In this document: positions 16,949 to 24,801 of the stretch, piece by piece
How the letters are laid out: the number at the start of each line of letters is the position of its first letter
Position numbering within the stretch: the first letter of the stretch is position 1
Assembly: GCA_036676395.1 (NCBI GenBank)
Contig: JAKFCY010000006.1
Location: 1-24,801 of the forward strand
Direction of reading: 5' to 3'
Source of the DNA: Bdellovibrio sp.
GTDB lineage: Bacteria > Bdellovibrionota > Bdellovibrionia > Bdellovibrionales > Bdellovibrionaceae
Length of the DNA stretch: 24,801 bases
Position numbers and translations under genes: made by a program
The notes under the pieces: model-generated
What the model was told of the DNA's origin: nothing
Seen by the model: the letters and a program-made list of their open reading frames with translations, nothing else
Database searches by the model: none

Positions 16949-17698
16949 TCAACTTTTTAAGCCTTTAAGATAAGCCTGATAATCTTCTTTCATTAATGCT
17001 TCGTCTGCTTTTCGTTTTACGGTAGCCTCGTTTCGGATATCAAACCAATTTGTTCCCATATTATCAACCCTTTGTTTTAATGCTGACAGATTGATATCTC
17101 TGCAATAAATAGAAGAACCTGGTTGCTGCTTCCATGATTGGGCAATCGTACCAATATCAAAAGGGTCAAAGCCTAATTCATCTACTAACTTAAATACAAC
17201 TTTTTTTGCTTTTGAATTATCAGATGAAATTGCAATAGCTATGCGGTTTTTATCGCTTTTTGGTTTGCCCATATCTTTCAGGCTTGTAGCAAGTATGGAA
17301 TTAAATGCTTTAACAACGGGAAACCCCAATTGCTCCTGAACCCAAAGACTATCTATGCCAGTATGATCAAGTTCAGTTATAAACCCATCACGAAGATTTG
17401 GGTAATAATTCATAGTGTCAATCACAACTACATCCTTCGAAAGGTTTTCAAAAATGTGCTTGAGATCAGGTGCATTTTTGGTAGGTATGGAGATAATGAT
17501 TACTTGTTTGTTTATAACTTCCTCAATAGTTACTGCCTCCGCTCCAATATCCTCCGTAAGTTTTTTTATGGAGGCTGGGCCACGGGAGTTAGCAATTGAA
17601 ACCGTATGTCTCATTTGAATAAGTTTTGATGCAAGGCAAATCCCCATTTCGCCTGAACCGATAATTCCTATATTCATAATTCGATTATTTATTGACAC
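16949..17698 (-). CDS. NAD(P)-binding oxidoreductase, F420-dependent NADP reductase-like
   Basis: IGIIGSGEMG Rossmann motif, IANSRGP, IDTMNYYP.RDG, VVKAFN; the true start may be the second Met. Confidence 0.87.
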   Translation of the reverse strand: MSINNRIMNIGIIGSGEMGICLASKLIQMRHTVSIANSRGPASIKKLTEDIGAEAVTIEEVINKQVIIISIPTKNAPDLKHIFENLSKDVVVIDTMNYYPNLRDGFITELDHTGIDSLWVQEQLGFPVVKAFNSILATSLKDMGKPKSDKNRIAIAISSDNSKAKKVVFKLVDELGFDPFDIGTIAQSWKQQPGSSIYCRDINLSALKQRVDNMGTNWFDIRNEATVKRKADEALMKEDYQAYLKGLKS

Positions 17699-17704
17699 TT
17701 CGGT

Positions 17705-18244
17705 TTAGCCTTGGGCAGAATGAAATTTCTCTTCATCTTTAGTCCTTGGGGCCCCAGTGCTGTTAGGCTGTCCTTTGCCAGTAGTAATCAAAGCCAACAA
17801 ACTTTGTCGGATATAGTGGTTCCATCCATTCGAACAAACATCAAAGCATTCATACTCCGGAACTAAACCAATGTGTGTGAAGCAGATTTGCGTTTTGTTA
17901 TCCTTTTCAAGGATTTCAAAAATAATTTTTGTACCCGTCCACTCGGCTTGGTCTTTTGTAAGTTTATTGTGATCAGGCAATTCATGAGCTGCCTCATTAA
18001 AAATTCCCGGTTTAAAATAGTTGTCCATCACAAGCCAGACGACTTTTTTGTTGACAATGGATTCTATTACTTTTATCTGACAACGATGAATATCTTCAAA
18101 ATGGTAATTAAACACATCATTGAGTTTGTCAGTACTGCCTTCAATTTCTTCCGACCACCATCCACGAGGGTTGTTGACGGCATTGAAAGCTTCCGTCGGA
18201 GTTTGGCTTACCAATATTGTAGTTGTAAAATCTGATTTTGTCAT
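17705..18244 (-). CDS. SRPBCC/AHSA1 domain protein
   Basis: WWSEEIEG, EWTGTKIIFEI, FTHIGLVP..ECF..CS.GW. Confidence 0.85.
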   Translation of the reverse strand: MTKSDFTTTILVSQTPTEAFNAVNNPRGWWSEEIEGSTDKLNDVFNYHFEDIHRCQIKVIESIVNKKVVWLVMDNYFKPGIFNEAAHELPDHNKLTKDQAEWTGTKIIFEILEKDNKTQICFTHIGLVPEYECFDVCSNGWNHYIRQSLLALITTGKGQPNSTGAPRTKDEEKFHSAQG

Positions 18245-18248
18245 TTCA

Positions 18249-18572
18249 TTAGTTGTTTAATTTGTTATTTAATAAATTTTGTAGATTGTTTAGTTTCGAT
18301 ATCCAGAATTTATCATAATAAGAAATCCAATTTTGCAGTTCATTGAATCCGTCCTGTTTGAGTATGCAATACCGCTCTCTTCCAATGTTCTGGATAGAGA
18401 TAAATCCTGCCGACTGCAATATTTTAATGTGTTTTGAAACTGCAGGTCGGCTCATTTCAAAATTTTCTGAAATGCTATTAATGTTGTAATTGTCTTTAGT
18501 AAGCATTTGTAAAATCTGTCGTCTGCTTGGGTCTGCAATTACTTGAAAAACATCAAGATTGGGAGTTGTCAT
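18249..18572 (-). CDS. ArsR/SmtB family transcriptional regulator
   Basis: DVFQVIADPSRRQIL, MSRPAVSKHIKIL, GRERY. Confidence 0.92.
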   Translation of the reverse strand: MTTPNLDVFQVIADPSRRQILQMLTKDNYNINSISENFEMSRPAVSKHIKILQSAGFISIQNIGRERYCILKQDGFNELQNWISYYDKFWISKLNNLQNLLNNKLNN

Positions 18573-18624
18573 AAATTAATGATTTAATTCAGTTTTTCAT
18601 TTATTCCGATATTCATTAATCGAA

Positions 18625-19056
18625 TTATTTTTTGGTGTTTATGATATCAAGCATTTGCTCGATTTTCTTCAACCAACCATCAGTCATACCGATAAAGATG
18701 TCTGTATTGTTTTCTCTAAAACCTGAATGTTTCAATTTCAATTTGGTTCCATTTTTGTGCGGTTCCAATGCCCACTCAACAATTGTATCGAGTGTAAAAA
18801 ACCCATCGCCAGAGCCACCCTTCCAAGTGTAGGTTAGCTTTTTCATTGGAATTATTTCAAGCACCTTGCAATGCATTATTCCGTCCAAATTAAGTGCAGG
18901 CATTGCTTTTGTTGTTAACTGAAACTCATGTCCGAGTTCAAGTTTGAAATTGTTTGGCATAAGCCATAAAGCGATCAGTTCAGCTTGTGTGAGATATTCC
19001 CAAACTTCGTTTGGAGATTGCTCATAAATCCATTCGTGGTTAATTTCTTTTTGCAT
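18625..19056 (-). CDS. SRPBCC/AHSA1 domain protein
   Basis: VWEYLT..ELIALWLMPNNF, L.YTW, T.L.L.HSGF; start MQKEI at 19056 because the longer ORF runs through the operator. Confidence 0.85.
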   Translation of the reverse strand: MQKEINHEWIYEQSPNEVWEYLTQAELIALWLMPNNFKLELGHEFQLTTKAMPALNLDGIMHCKVLEIIPMKKLTYTWKGGSGDGFFTLDTIVEWALEPHKNGTKLKLKHSGFRENNTDIFIGMTDGWLKKIEQMLDIINTKK

Positions 19057-19060
19057 ATTA

Positions 19061-19104
19061 TGTAACTTTGAAGTTACAAATATATGTGTAACTTTTGAGT
19101 TACA
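19061..19104. promoter_or_regulatory. Tandem palindromic operators TGTAACT-N4-AGTTACA (probable ArsR sites)
   Basis: Two perfect copies (19061-19078, 19087-19104) just upstream of the SRPBCC-ArsR operon. Confidence 0.75.
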
Positions 19105-19175
19105 CAAAATATTCTATGAAATTTTTTGGGATGATTATTGGAAGGAAGATAGATGCTTGTTTTGGTTGGTTTTTC

Positions 19176-19431
19176 AATTCTGACTAACGAACCTCAAAAG
19201 TCTTGAATTTCAGCTGTTTTGTGGCCCGGATCGTCTTCGGTGAGACCGTCCCGTAAGTTACGGGATGCTTCTTTATCCTTTTAACTAATCCCAACTTTCT
19301 TTTCTGATCCGGAATAAGGTATCCTTCGGGGTTGATATTGACAAGAAAGGTGTTTTTAGGTATGGAACCCTTTCATTGTTCCCGCCGTAGCGGTCAAGCT
19401 GCGCTACGCACGCAACGAAAGCTTAGTTGTT
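19176..19431. repeat. Long non-coding repeat, copy C (internally deleted)
   Basis: Matches about 9975-10161, joined to about 10705-10772. Confidence 0.85.
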
Positions 19432-19460
19432 ACCGGCTGCTCTTTTTATGCTCGTTCAAT

Positions 19461-20069
19461 TTATAAATCAATTGTCCTGAAAGTTAAGTTTATTCTTGGT
19501 TCGATTATTAGCTTTGTCGGGGGAAGTCTGTGTAGCCAATTTGTTTGGGTATTGTCTTTCATTACCAATAAACTACCGTGTTCTAAAATTAATGAAATGG
19601 TTTCTTTCGTTTCTTTGTGTTTGAAGGCAAATTTGCGTTCTGCTCCAAAACTTAACGAACCAATTGCTCCATTTTTCTTTAAATCTTTTTCTGCATCGCT
19701 ATGCCAAGCCATTCCTTCATCACCATTGTGGTATAAGTTGAGTAAGCAGGAATTGAATTTTTCGCCTGTTATTTCTTCCGTAAGTGATTTTAATTCTAAT
19801 AATTCCCTTGTCCAGGGTAAGGCTCGTTTTGTGGTGTTAGAATAGGTGTATTCAAAATTAGTATCACCATGCCAAGCTACTTTCCGTTTTGTAATTATTA
19901 GTTTTCCATAGATAATAGCCTGATCATTTTTCCACTCGATTGTATTCATTAAACAGTCGAAATAATGATTTGCCTCTTTGTTGGGCAATAGTTTTCCGTA
20001 ATAATTTACAACACCATCTTTGGGCAGTAAGTTTTTTGAGCCGTCTATTTTGTTATCGAATAAATCCAT
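19461..20069 (-). CDS. alkB: AlkB family alpha-ketoglutarate-dependent dioxygenase
   Basis: FNSCLLNLY..G..GMAWHSD (HxD), W.H.LP, RINLTFR. Confidence 0.92.
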   Translation of the reverse strand: MDLFDNKIDGSKNLLPKDGVVNYYGKLLPNKEANHYFDCLMNTIEWKNDQAIIYGKLIITKRKVAWHGDTNFEYTYSNTTKRALPWTRELLELKSLTEEITGEKFNSCLLNLYHNGDEGMAWHSDAEKDLKKNGAIGSLSFGAERKFAFKHKETKETISLILEHGSLLVMKDNTQTNWLHRLPPTKLIIEPRINLTFRTIDL

Positions 20070-20293
20070 TTTTTATATGCTGTTTTCATACAATGCCCAC
20101 AAGGTCTATAACCGTTTTTAAAAGCTTCACTTTCCGATGCAAAGAAAACTCTGTTTTCCCGTTTCATTCGTTTACCTGATTTACATTTTAGTGTTCCGTA
20201 TATTTTTAACTTTCCATTTCCTCCAAAGAAAATTTCTTTTTGCTTGATTTTCCTTCTTAAATCGCTATCGTTTATTTCAAGATGTTTTATCAT
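20045..20293 (-). CDS. Small Ada metal-binding domain protein
   Basis: IYG.L.C.SGKRMKRENRVFF.SE.EA...GYRPCGHC. Confidence 0.85.
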   Translation of the reverse strand: MIKHLEINDSDLRRKIKQKEIFFGGNGKLKIYGTLKCKSGKRMKRENRVFFASESEAFKNGYRPCGHCMKTAYKKWIYSITK

Positions 20294-20296
20294 TCT

Positions 20297-21016
20297 CTAA
20301 CTCAAAGCATCGTGAAAAATAATTCCCAGAGTGTGTCGCTCTCCACTATGGATTTCACTTACTCCATGTTTCATATTTACACGATAGTATCCTTTACTAC
20401 CTTTTACCGGTCTAAAGTTAGTTGTAAAAATCAGCATATCGCCTTTCATTGGTTTTAATACTATTGCTTTTGATTGTGCTCTTGGCGTTTGTTGGGTTAA
20501 TACAAATTCTCCACCTGTAAAATCTTGATCCGGCTCGTTTAAAAATAAAACGGTTTGAATTGGAAAATATACATCTCCATACAAATCTTGATGCAGGGTA
20601 TTGTGTCCGCCTTTACCATATTTCAAAATTAAAACGGTTGCTTTTGTTTGGTTATTTTCATTACACTGTTTCAGAAGATCCTGAAGTGTATCAGGAAAAA
20701 GCGTAGCGATATTTAGCACTTTCATCCAGGCGTTTGCAATTGGTGCAAGTTTGGGATATATGCTTTCTCTAATGCTTTGAATTAAATTAGGCAATGGATA
20801 ATTGAAATATTTGTATTCACCCAAGCCAAAACGGTAGCGTTCCATCACTACCGTTTTTCTGTAAGCATTTGGATTGTTATAATTCCTTATCAATTCGGTA
20901 CATTGCTCGTTTGTTAAGAGTTTTGGAATTATAGCAAACCCTTTTGCGTGCATTTCTTCAACTATATTTTTCCAGTCAATTGAGGCTATTTTTTCTTTTA
21001 CTTCAATATCTGTCAT
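20297..21016 (-). CDS. 2OG-Fe(II) oxygenase (DUF2086-like)
   Basis: LHQDLYG, FTGGEFVL, HGVS....GERHTLGIIFHDA. Confidence 0.88.
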   Translation of the reverse strand: MTDIEVKEKIASIDWKNIVEEMHAKGFAIIPKLLTNEQCTELIRNYNNPNAYRKTVVMERYRFGLGEYKYFNYPLPNLIQSIRESIYPKLAPIANAWMKVLNIATLFPDTLQDLLKQCNENNQTKATVLILKYGKGGHNTLHQDLYGDVYFPIQTVLFLNEPDQDFTGGEFVLTQQTPRAQSKAIVLKPMKGDMLIFTTNFRPVKGSKGYYRVNMKHGVSEIHSGERHTLGIIFHDALS

Positions 21017-21741
21017 AGTTTAACTGATGCTATTTCCAAAAATATTTCACACAATTCTTGGGGTTTGCTAAAAAAAGGTGAATGGCTGGTTTGCATTTTA
21101 TAAACCTTTTCGCAAACCATTTCTGTGTACATTTTTTGTTGAATAAAAGGGGTTACCGCTTTGTCTTTTGTACATTCTATATAATACCTGGGTACACTTC
21201 CGTATTTTTCGTTGGTGAGTTGCAATGGTGTAATTCCTGTTACTGCACTTTCGTGGCTTAGTATCATCCTAGCCATTTGGTATATATCATCATCACAATC
21301 GTGGTATAGTCCTTCTTTGTAAATTTCTGGTTGTAATGTATGGGAATTTGTATTTGGAAATCTTGTTACATAAGGTTTTAAAACACCATTAACGTCTTGT
21401 GAAGAATAATCTGCTTGTGTTTTTGCATTGGGAATTAAATATGCAGCAAGGTAAATTAATTTTTCAATTTTTTCAGGACGGTATTCTGCAACTTGCGAAA
21501 TCATAATCCCGTTTTTGCTATGCCCAACAAGTATTACCTGGTCATCAATGCCATCGATAAGTTTGCAAATTTCCTCTACTGTAGATTCTAATGTTACTTC
21601 TTTAATGGGAGTTTTATCTCGTCCCATTCCAGGCAAATCAATTGCGAATGCTTTGTGTCCTTGTTTTTCTAAAATTGGAACAACTTTGTGCCAATTCCAA
21701 GAGCTATGCCACGAACCGTGTATTAAAATAAATGTCTTCAT
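21013..21741 (-). CDS. Alpha/beta hydrolase (methylesterase-like)
   Basis: FILIHGSWH, DLPG.G, LVGHSKNG nucleophile elbow, D.AV, SHSPF. Confidence 0.88.
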   Translation of the reverse strand: MKTFILIHGSWHSSWNWHKVVPILEKQGHKAFAIDLPGMGRDKTPIKEVTLESTVEEICKLIDGIDDQVILVGHSKNGIMISQVAEYRPEKIEKLIYLAAYLIPNAKTQADYSSQDVNGVLKPYVTRFPNTNSHTLQPEIYKEGLYHDCDDDIYQMARMILSHESAVTGITPLQLTNEKYGSVPRYYIECTKDKAVTPFIQQKMYTEMVCEKVYKMQTSHSPFFSKPQELCEIFLEIASVKL

Positions 21742-21792
21742 TTTTTATTGTTTAAAAATTATAATGCAAAAATGCACATCATTAAAAAATAA

Positions 21793-21812
21793 TAAAACCC
21801 GAAACTTGCTAA
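21793..21812. promoter_or_regulatory. 20-bp motif TAAAACCCGAAACTTGCTAA, copy 1 (candidate regulator box)
   Basis: Identical to 22706-22725; about 50 nt upstream of the hydrolase start. Confidence 0.6.
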
Positions 21813-22669
21813 ATTAATTCTGAATGTGTTTTTGTTCCTTCCCAACCTATGATGGCTGTTTTTCTTGTATTTCCCCACATATACCCGCCAATTACTCCTG
21901 TAGATTGTATTACACGATGACAGGGAATTAAGAACGCAACAGGATTGCTTCCAATGGCAGTTCCTACTGCTCTTGAAGCATTTGGCTTCTCAATTTTATT
22001 GGCAATAGTTCCATAGGTTGTAAGCTGTCCCATTGGAATTTTTAAAAGTGTTTGCCATACTTTTAGTTGAAAATCAGTTCCTTTTAAGTGCAGTTTTATT
22101 TGATTCAATTTTGTCCAATCGTGTCTGAAAATGTATAGTGCATTTTGCTGAATTAAATCTACCATTTGTTTGTATTGAGCATTGGGAAAATGACTGAGCA
22201 TTGTTGGCAGTGCAACAGATTCATCATCGGAAAATGCCATATAACAAATTCCTTTTTCTGTTGATGCCACTAAAATGTTTCCAAAAGGGCTTTCTGCAAA
22301 GCTGTAATTTATAGCTAAATCTTTTCCGCCATTTTTATATTCGGCAGGTGTCATACCTTCTATGTTGATAAACAGGTCGTGTAAACGACCTGTGCCTGAA
22401 AGTCCAGTTTCGTGTGCCGTTTCAAAAAGTGTTGCTTGATTTTCTTTTAATAAAGTTTTAGCGTATTCTACGGTTGTATATTGCAAAAATTTCTTTGGAC
22501 TTGTTCCTGCCCATTCGCTAAAGAGCCGTTGAAAATGAAATGAGCTTAGATGAACCTTCTTTGCAACTTCGTCAAGATTGGGTTGCTCTTTAAAGTTTGT
22601 TTTTATATACTCAATTGCTTCAGCAATTCTTTTATAATTGATATTTTGTTGTTCGGTCATTGTATTCAA
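21809..22669 (-). CDS. ada: Bifunctional AraC-HTH / methylated-DNA-protein-cysteine methyltransferase (Ada-like)
   Basis: HFQRLF..WAG.SPK HTH; GTDFQLKVW, ASRAVG.A...NP, IPCHRV active site. Confidence 0.9.
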   Translation of the reverse strand: MNTMTEQQNINYKRIAEAIEYIKTNFKEQPNLDEVAKKVHLSSFHFQRLFSEWAGTSPKKFLQYTTVEYAKTLLKENQATLFETAHETGLSGTGRLHDLFINIEGMTPAEYKNGGKDLAINYSFAESPFGNILVASTEKGICYMAFSDDESVALPTMLSHFPNAQYKQMVDLIQQNALYIFRHDWTKLNQIKLHLKGTDFQLKVWQTLLKIPMGQLTTYGTIANKIEKPNASRAVGTAIGSNPVAFLIPCHRVIQSTGVIGGYMWGNTRKTAIIGWEGTKTHSELI

Positions 22670-22705
22670 ATTTATAATACGAAGTTCGATATAAATTTGT
22701 CATCA

Positions 22706-22725
22706 TAAAACCCGAAACTTGCTAA
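22706..22725. promoter_or_regulatory. 20-bp motif TAAAACCCGAAACTTGCTAA, copy 2 (candidate regulator box)
   Basis: Identical to 21793-21812; about 40 nt upstream of the ada start. Confidence 0.6.
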
Positions 22726-22769
22726 TTTTTAGTTCGTATGTTGAGTGTAAACAGTGTCGTTGCAGAGTT

Positions 22770-22898
22770 GCCGATATGGGTTCGGGGCTTGGCGAATAAT
22801 CGGATTTCGAAGCGCTAAACTGTCTGTCAGCACTGAACTTGATACGAAGCGCAAAGCTTCAATTAAGCATTGAACCCGCTTTTTTACCAAACCGCTGT
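22770..22898 (-). repeat. Degenerate attC-like site followed by an intron 5' end
   Basis: GCCGATATG (decayed partner of GTTACCGGC at 19429) ... TTTTTACCAAACCGCTGT|GTGTGCC. Confidence 0.6.
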
Positions 22899-23145
22899 GT
22901 GTGCCTTGAATGGTGAATATAGGTCAATTAGTTGATCGTCCCAACGGGTGAAATGTGAAGCATTCATGTACAGCATTGAATTCATATACTTCGTGAATAG
23001 AGTCCCTTAAGCACGGGGGTAATCCCATTGGGACGGGAGAGGTTGTCCCGAAGCCAAGCAAGTGGTGCCGATATCTATCGGAATGGTTTACTGCGAGGGG
23101 CCAGGTTGCAGGGTAGGCAGAAAAGGGGGCTGGTCCGCCACGGCG
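22899..23145 (+). mobile_element. 5' fragment of the same group IIC-like intron; 3' end lost, short inverted piece of protein tail
   Basis: GTGTGCCTTGAATGGTG... matches 3630 and 12181; GTAGGCAGAAAAGGGGGCTGGTCCGC is the reverse complement of about 12459-12485. Confidence 0.8.
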
Positions 23146-23193
23146 GACCAATGCCCTGGTTCGTTGTTTCTCCAAGTAGCCTAAATATTCTGT

Positions 23194-23655
23194 TTAGCCA
23201 ATAGTCGAAATATAAATATCTACTTCTGCATTACTCCAATCCTGACTCCTTTCATCATACACTTCAAAATCAAATCCAAACTTTCGTTTGATGTCAGATG
23301 TCCATATTTCTTTCCACGCGTCTGTAATACAACCTGTCATAACACCTTTCGCAGTATATTTGCTGTATTTTTGAGCAGGTATCGTTAGTTCTTCAAGTCC
23401 TTTTGGCGTTTCTGAATTCTTATTCACTTTACACCCGATAAAATATGAAAAAGGAGTTGTTTCGTCCTTTTCATAATCAAAATAAACAGCAAATATTTCA
23501 CTGGATAATTTTTCCGAAATAAGGTCGAAAATTTTATCCGTTTCAAATTTTTGCCATAGGTTACCACAATCTACGCTGGATTGATTGTTCTCGTTTGTGG
23601 TTTTGTTTTCAAGTTTTAGCCCAATTAATCTGAAGCCTTCTTTTTTGTTTTCCAT
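23194..23655 (-). CDS. GyrI-like small-molecule effector-binding protein
   Basis: LIGL...TTNEN, LWQKF, YFIGC.V, W.EIW, DFEVYDER. Confidence 0.87.
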   Translation of the reverse strand: MENKKEGFRLIGLKLENKTTNENNQSSVDCGNLWQKFETDKIFDLISEKLSSEIFAVYFDYEKDETTPFSYFIGCKVNKNSETPKGLEELTIPAQKYSKYTAKGVMTGCITDAWKEIWTSDIKRKFGFDFEVYDERSQDWSNAEVDIYISTIG

Positions 23656-23695
23656 TCTTTAAATATTAAAGGGATAGGTAGAGACATTTTCATTT

Positions 23696-24667
23696 CTAAC
23701 AATGGCGACCTTCCTGATAGTTTATCATCCAATTAATTCCGAATTTGTCCGTACAGCTTCCGTAGTAAGCTCCCCAAAACATATCCTGAATGGGCATTTC
23801 AATCTTCCCGCCAGCCGAAAGTTCATCAAAAAGTTGTTTTGCTTCTTCCCTTGATTCAGGTTCAAGATTGATGTACATATTGTTTCCATAATTTACAGTC
23901 ATTCCAAACTCCTTTGGAGCGTCTGTACCCATCAATATATGTCCGCCAAGAATGGGTAGTTCAATATGCAAAACCATCTTCTTTACCGCCTCCGCAAAAG
24001 GGGGCTGATTGGAGTCTGGTGGAATATCTCCAAAACGCTGAATACCGTTAATAAAATCTGTATTAAAAACTGATTTGTAAAAACGAAATGCCTCTTCTGT
24101 GTTGCCGGGGAAGTTTAGATAAGTTGAAACTCTTGCCCTATTGCTGAGTTTGTTTTGTTTTCTGAGATAAAATTGAGATGCTATGTATTGGTCTAAGTTT
24201 TCAAGACCTGCCGTAAAGCCTTCTTTGAAGCCCATAGCAATGATTTTTTCAAGATCTTCTAAGGTGTCGAATGTCAATAAGATGTTGACTAAGGTTTGTT
24301 GTTCCTGTTCCGTAAAATTATTCTCCCATTTATTTCTTGGAAGGGTTGCATTCGGGTTACCATCTGCATCACAAAAACCATCATAAGCCGAAAAATATTT
24401 TTGATGATCCATTGTGATGTAATCCATTCTTGCCCAGTGTTCTTCATTTTCGGGACCAATCATTGCATACAACCAATGTCCACCTTCTCTAAAATCCATA
24501 GATTTTGTTTTGGCAACCCAAGGCTTTGGTGCCCACCACTGGTCAAGAATGTCGGCATCTGTCCAAGCGGCCCAAACCAAGTCAACAGGTGCATTGAAAG
24601 CTCTTTTTACCTTGATTTGATTGTTCTCTTTGTCAACATCGAAGTTGAATAAAATTGCTTTGTTCAT
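23696..24667 (-). CDS. SRPBCC domain fused to a VOC/PhnB-like domain
   Basis: VWAAWT...LDQWWAPKPW...MDFREGG; YLNFPGN.EEAF.FY.SVF; FWGAYYG...DKFGINW. Confidence 0.88.
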   Translation of the reverse strand: MNKAILFNFDVDKENNQIKVKRAFNAPVDLVWAAWTDADILDQWWAPKPWVAKTKSMDFREGGHWLYAMIGPENEEHWARMDYITMDHQKYFSAYDGFCDADGNPNATLPRNKWENNFTEQEQQTLVNILLTFDTLEDLEKIIAMGFKEGFTAGLENLDQYIASQFYLRKQNKLSNRARVSTYLNFPGNTEEAFRFYKSVFNTDFINGIQRFGDIPPDSNQPPFAEAVKKMVLHIELPILGGHILMGTDAPKEFGMTVNYGNNMYINLEPESREEAKQLFDELSAGGKIEMPIQDMFWGAYYGSCTDKFGINWMINYQEGRHC

Positions 24668-24801
24668 TTTCTGTTTAATTTAAGTTGTTCTAATACATTG
24701 TCGAGTTGGTTAAAACGCGTGGCAAGTAATTGCTTAAATTGTTCTAACCATTTTTCAATTTCTTTCATTTTGTCAGGATTTAGGTGATAGTGAATTTCTC
24801 T
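24664..24801 (-). CDS. ArsR family regulator, C-terminal part (runs off the window)
   Basis: Manual translation REIHYHLNPDKMKEIEKWLEQFKQLLATRFNQLDNVLEQLKLNRK*; stop overlaps the SRPBCC ATG. Confidence 0.72.
   Translation of the reverse strand, partial: REIHYHLNPDKMKEIEKWLEQFKQLLATRFNQLDNVLEQLKLNRK

Noticed and set aside
3500..22898. CRISPR array interpretation of the recurring spacers
   Set aside because: The repeats are long, variable and separated by whole genes; there is no fixed repeat-spacer period and no cas gene

Overview
This looks like a Bacteroidota chromosome segment (inferred from the TAnnTTTG promoter box and the protein families). It starts with a BlaI/BlaR1(M56) operon and its terminator (1-2429). 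About 22 kb of AT-rich, minus-strand accessory genes follow, organised as an integron-like cassette array. Six gene blocks and one gene-free block are each bracketed by their own complementary GTTNNNNNN...NNNNNNAAC pair (one pair degenerate) and separated by 50-130 bp attC-like hairpins. A tyrosine-integrase C-terminal remnant (14007-14162), missed by the ORF track, lies in the same orientation as the cassettes, next to an attI-like junction. Six group II intron remnants from at least two lineages sit antisense at the GT|T of these sites. Cargo includes three TIR genes plus an unknown TM protein (Thoeris-like, no ThsA), a Septu-like ATPase+HNH pair, two TM/beta-rich proteins, a DUF4145-like protein, ArsR/SRPBCC modules and an Ada/AlkB alkylation-repair operon. 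The spacers also hold three copies of a long non-coding repeat, a MITE and many small palindromic insertions.
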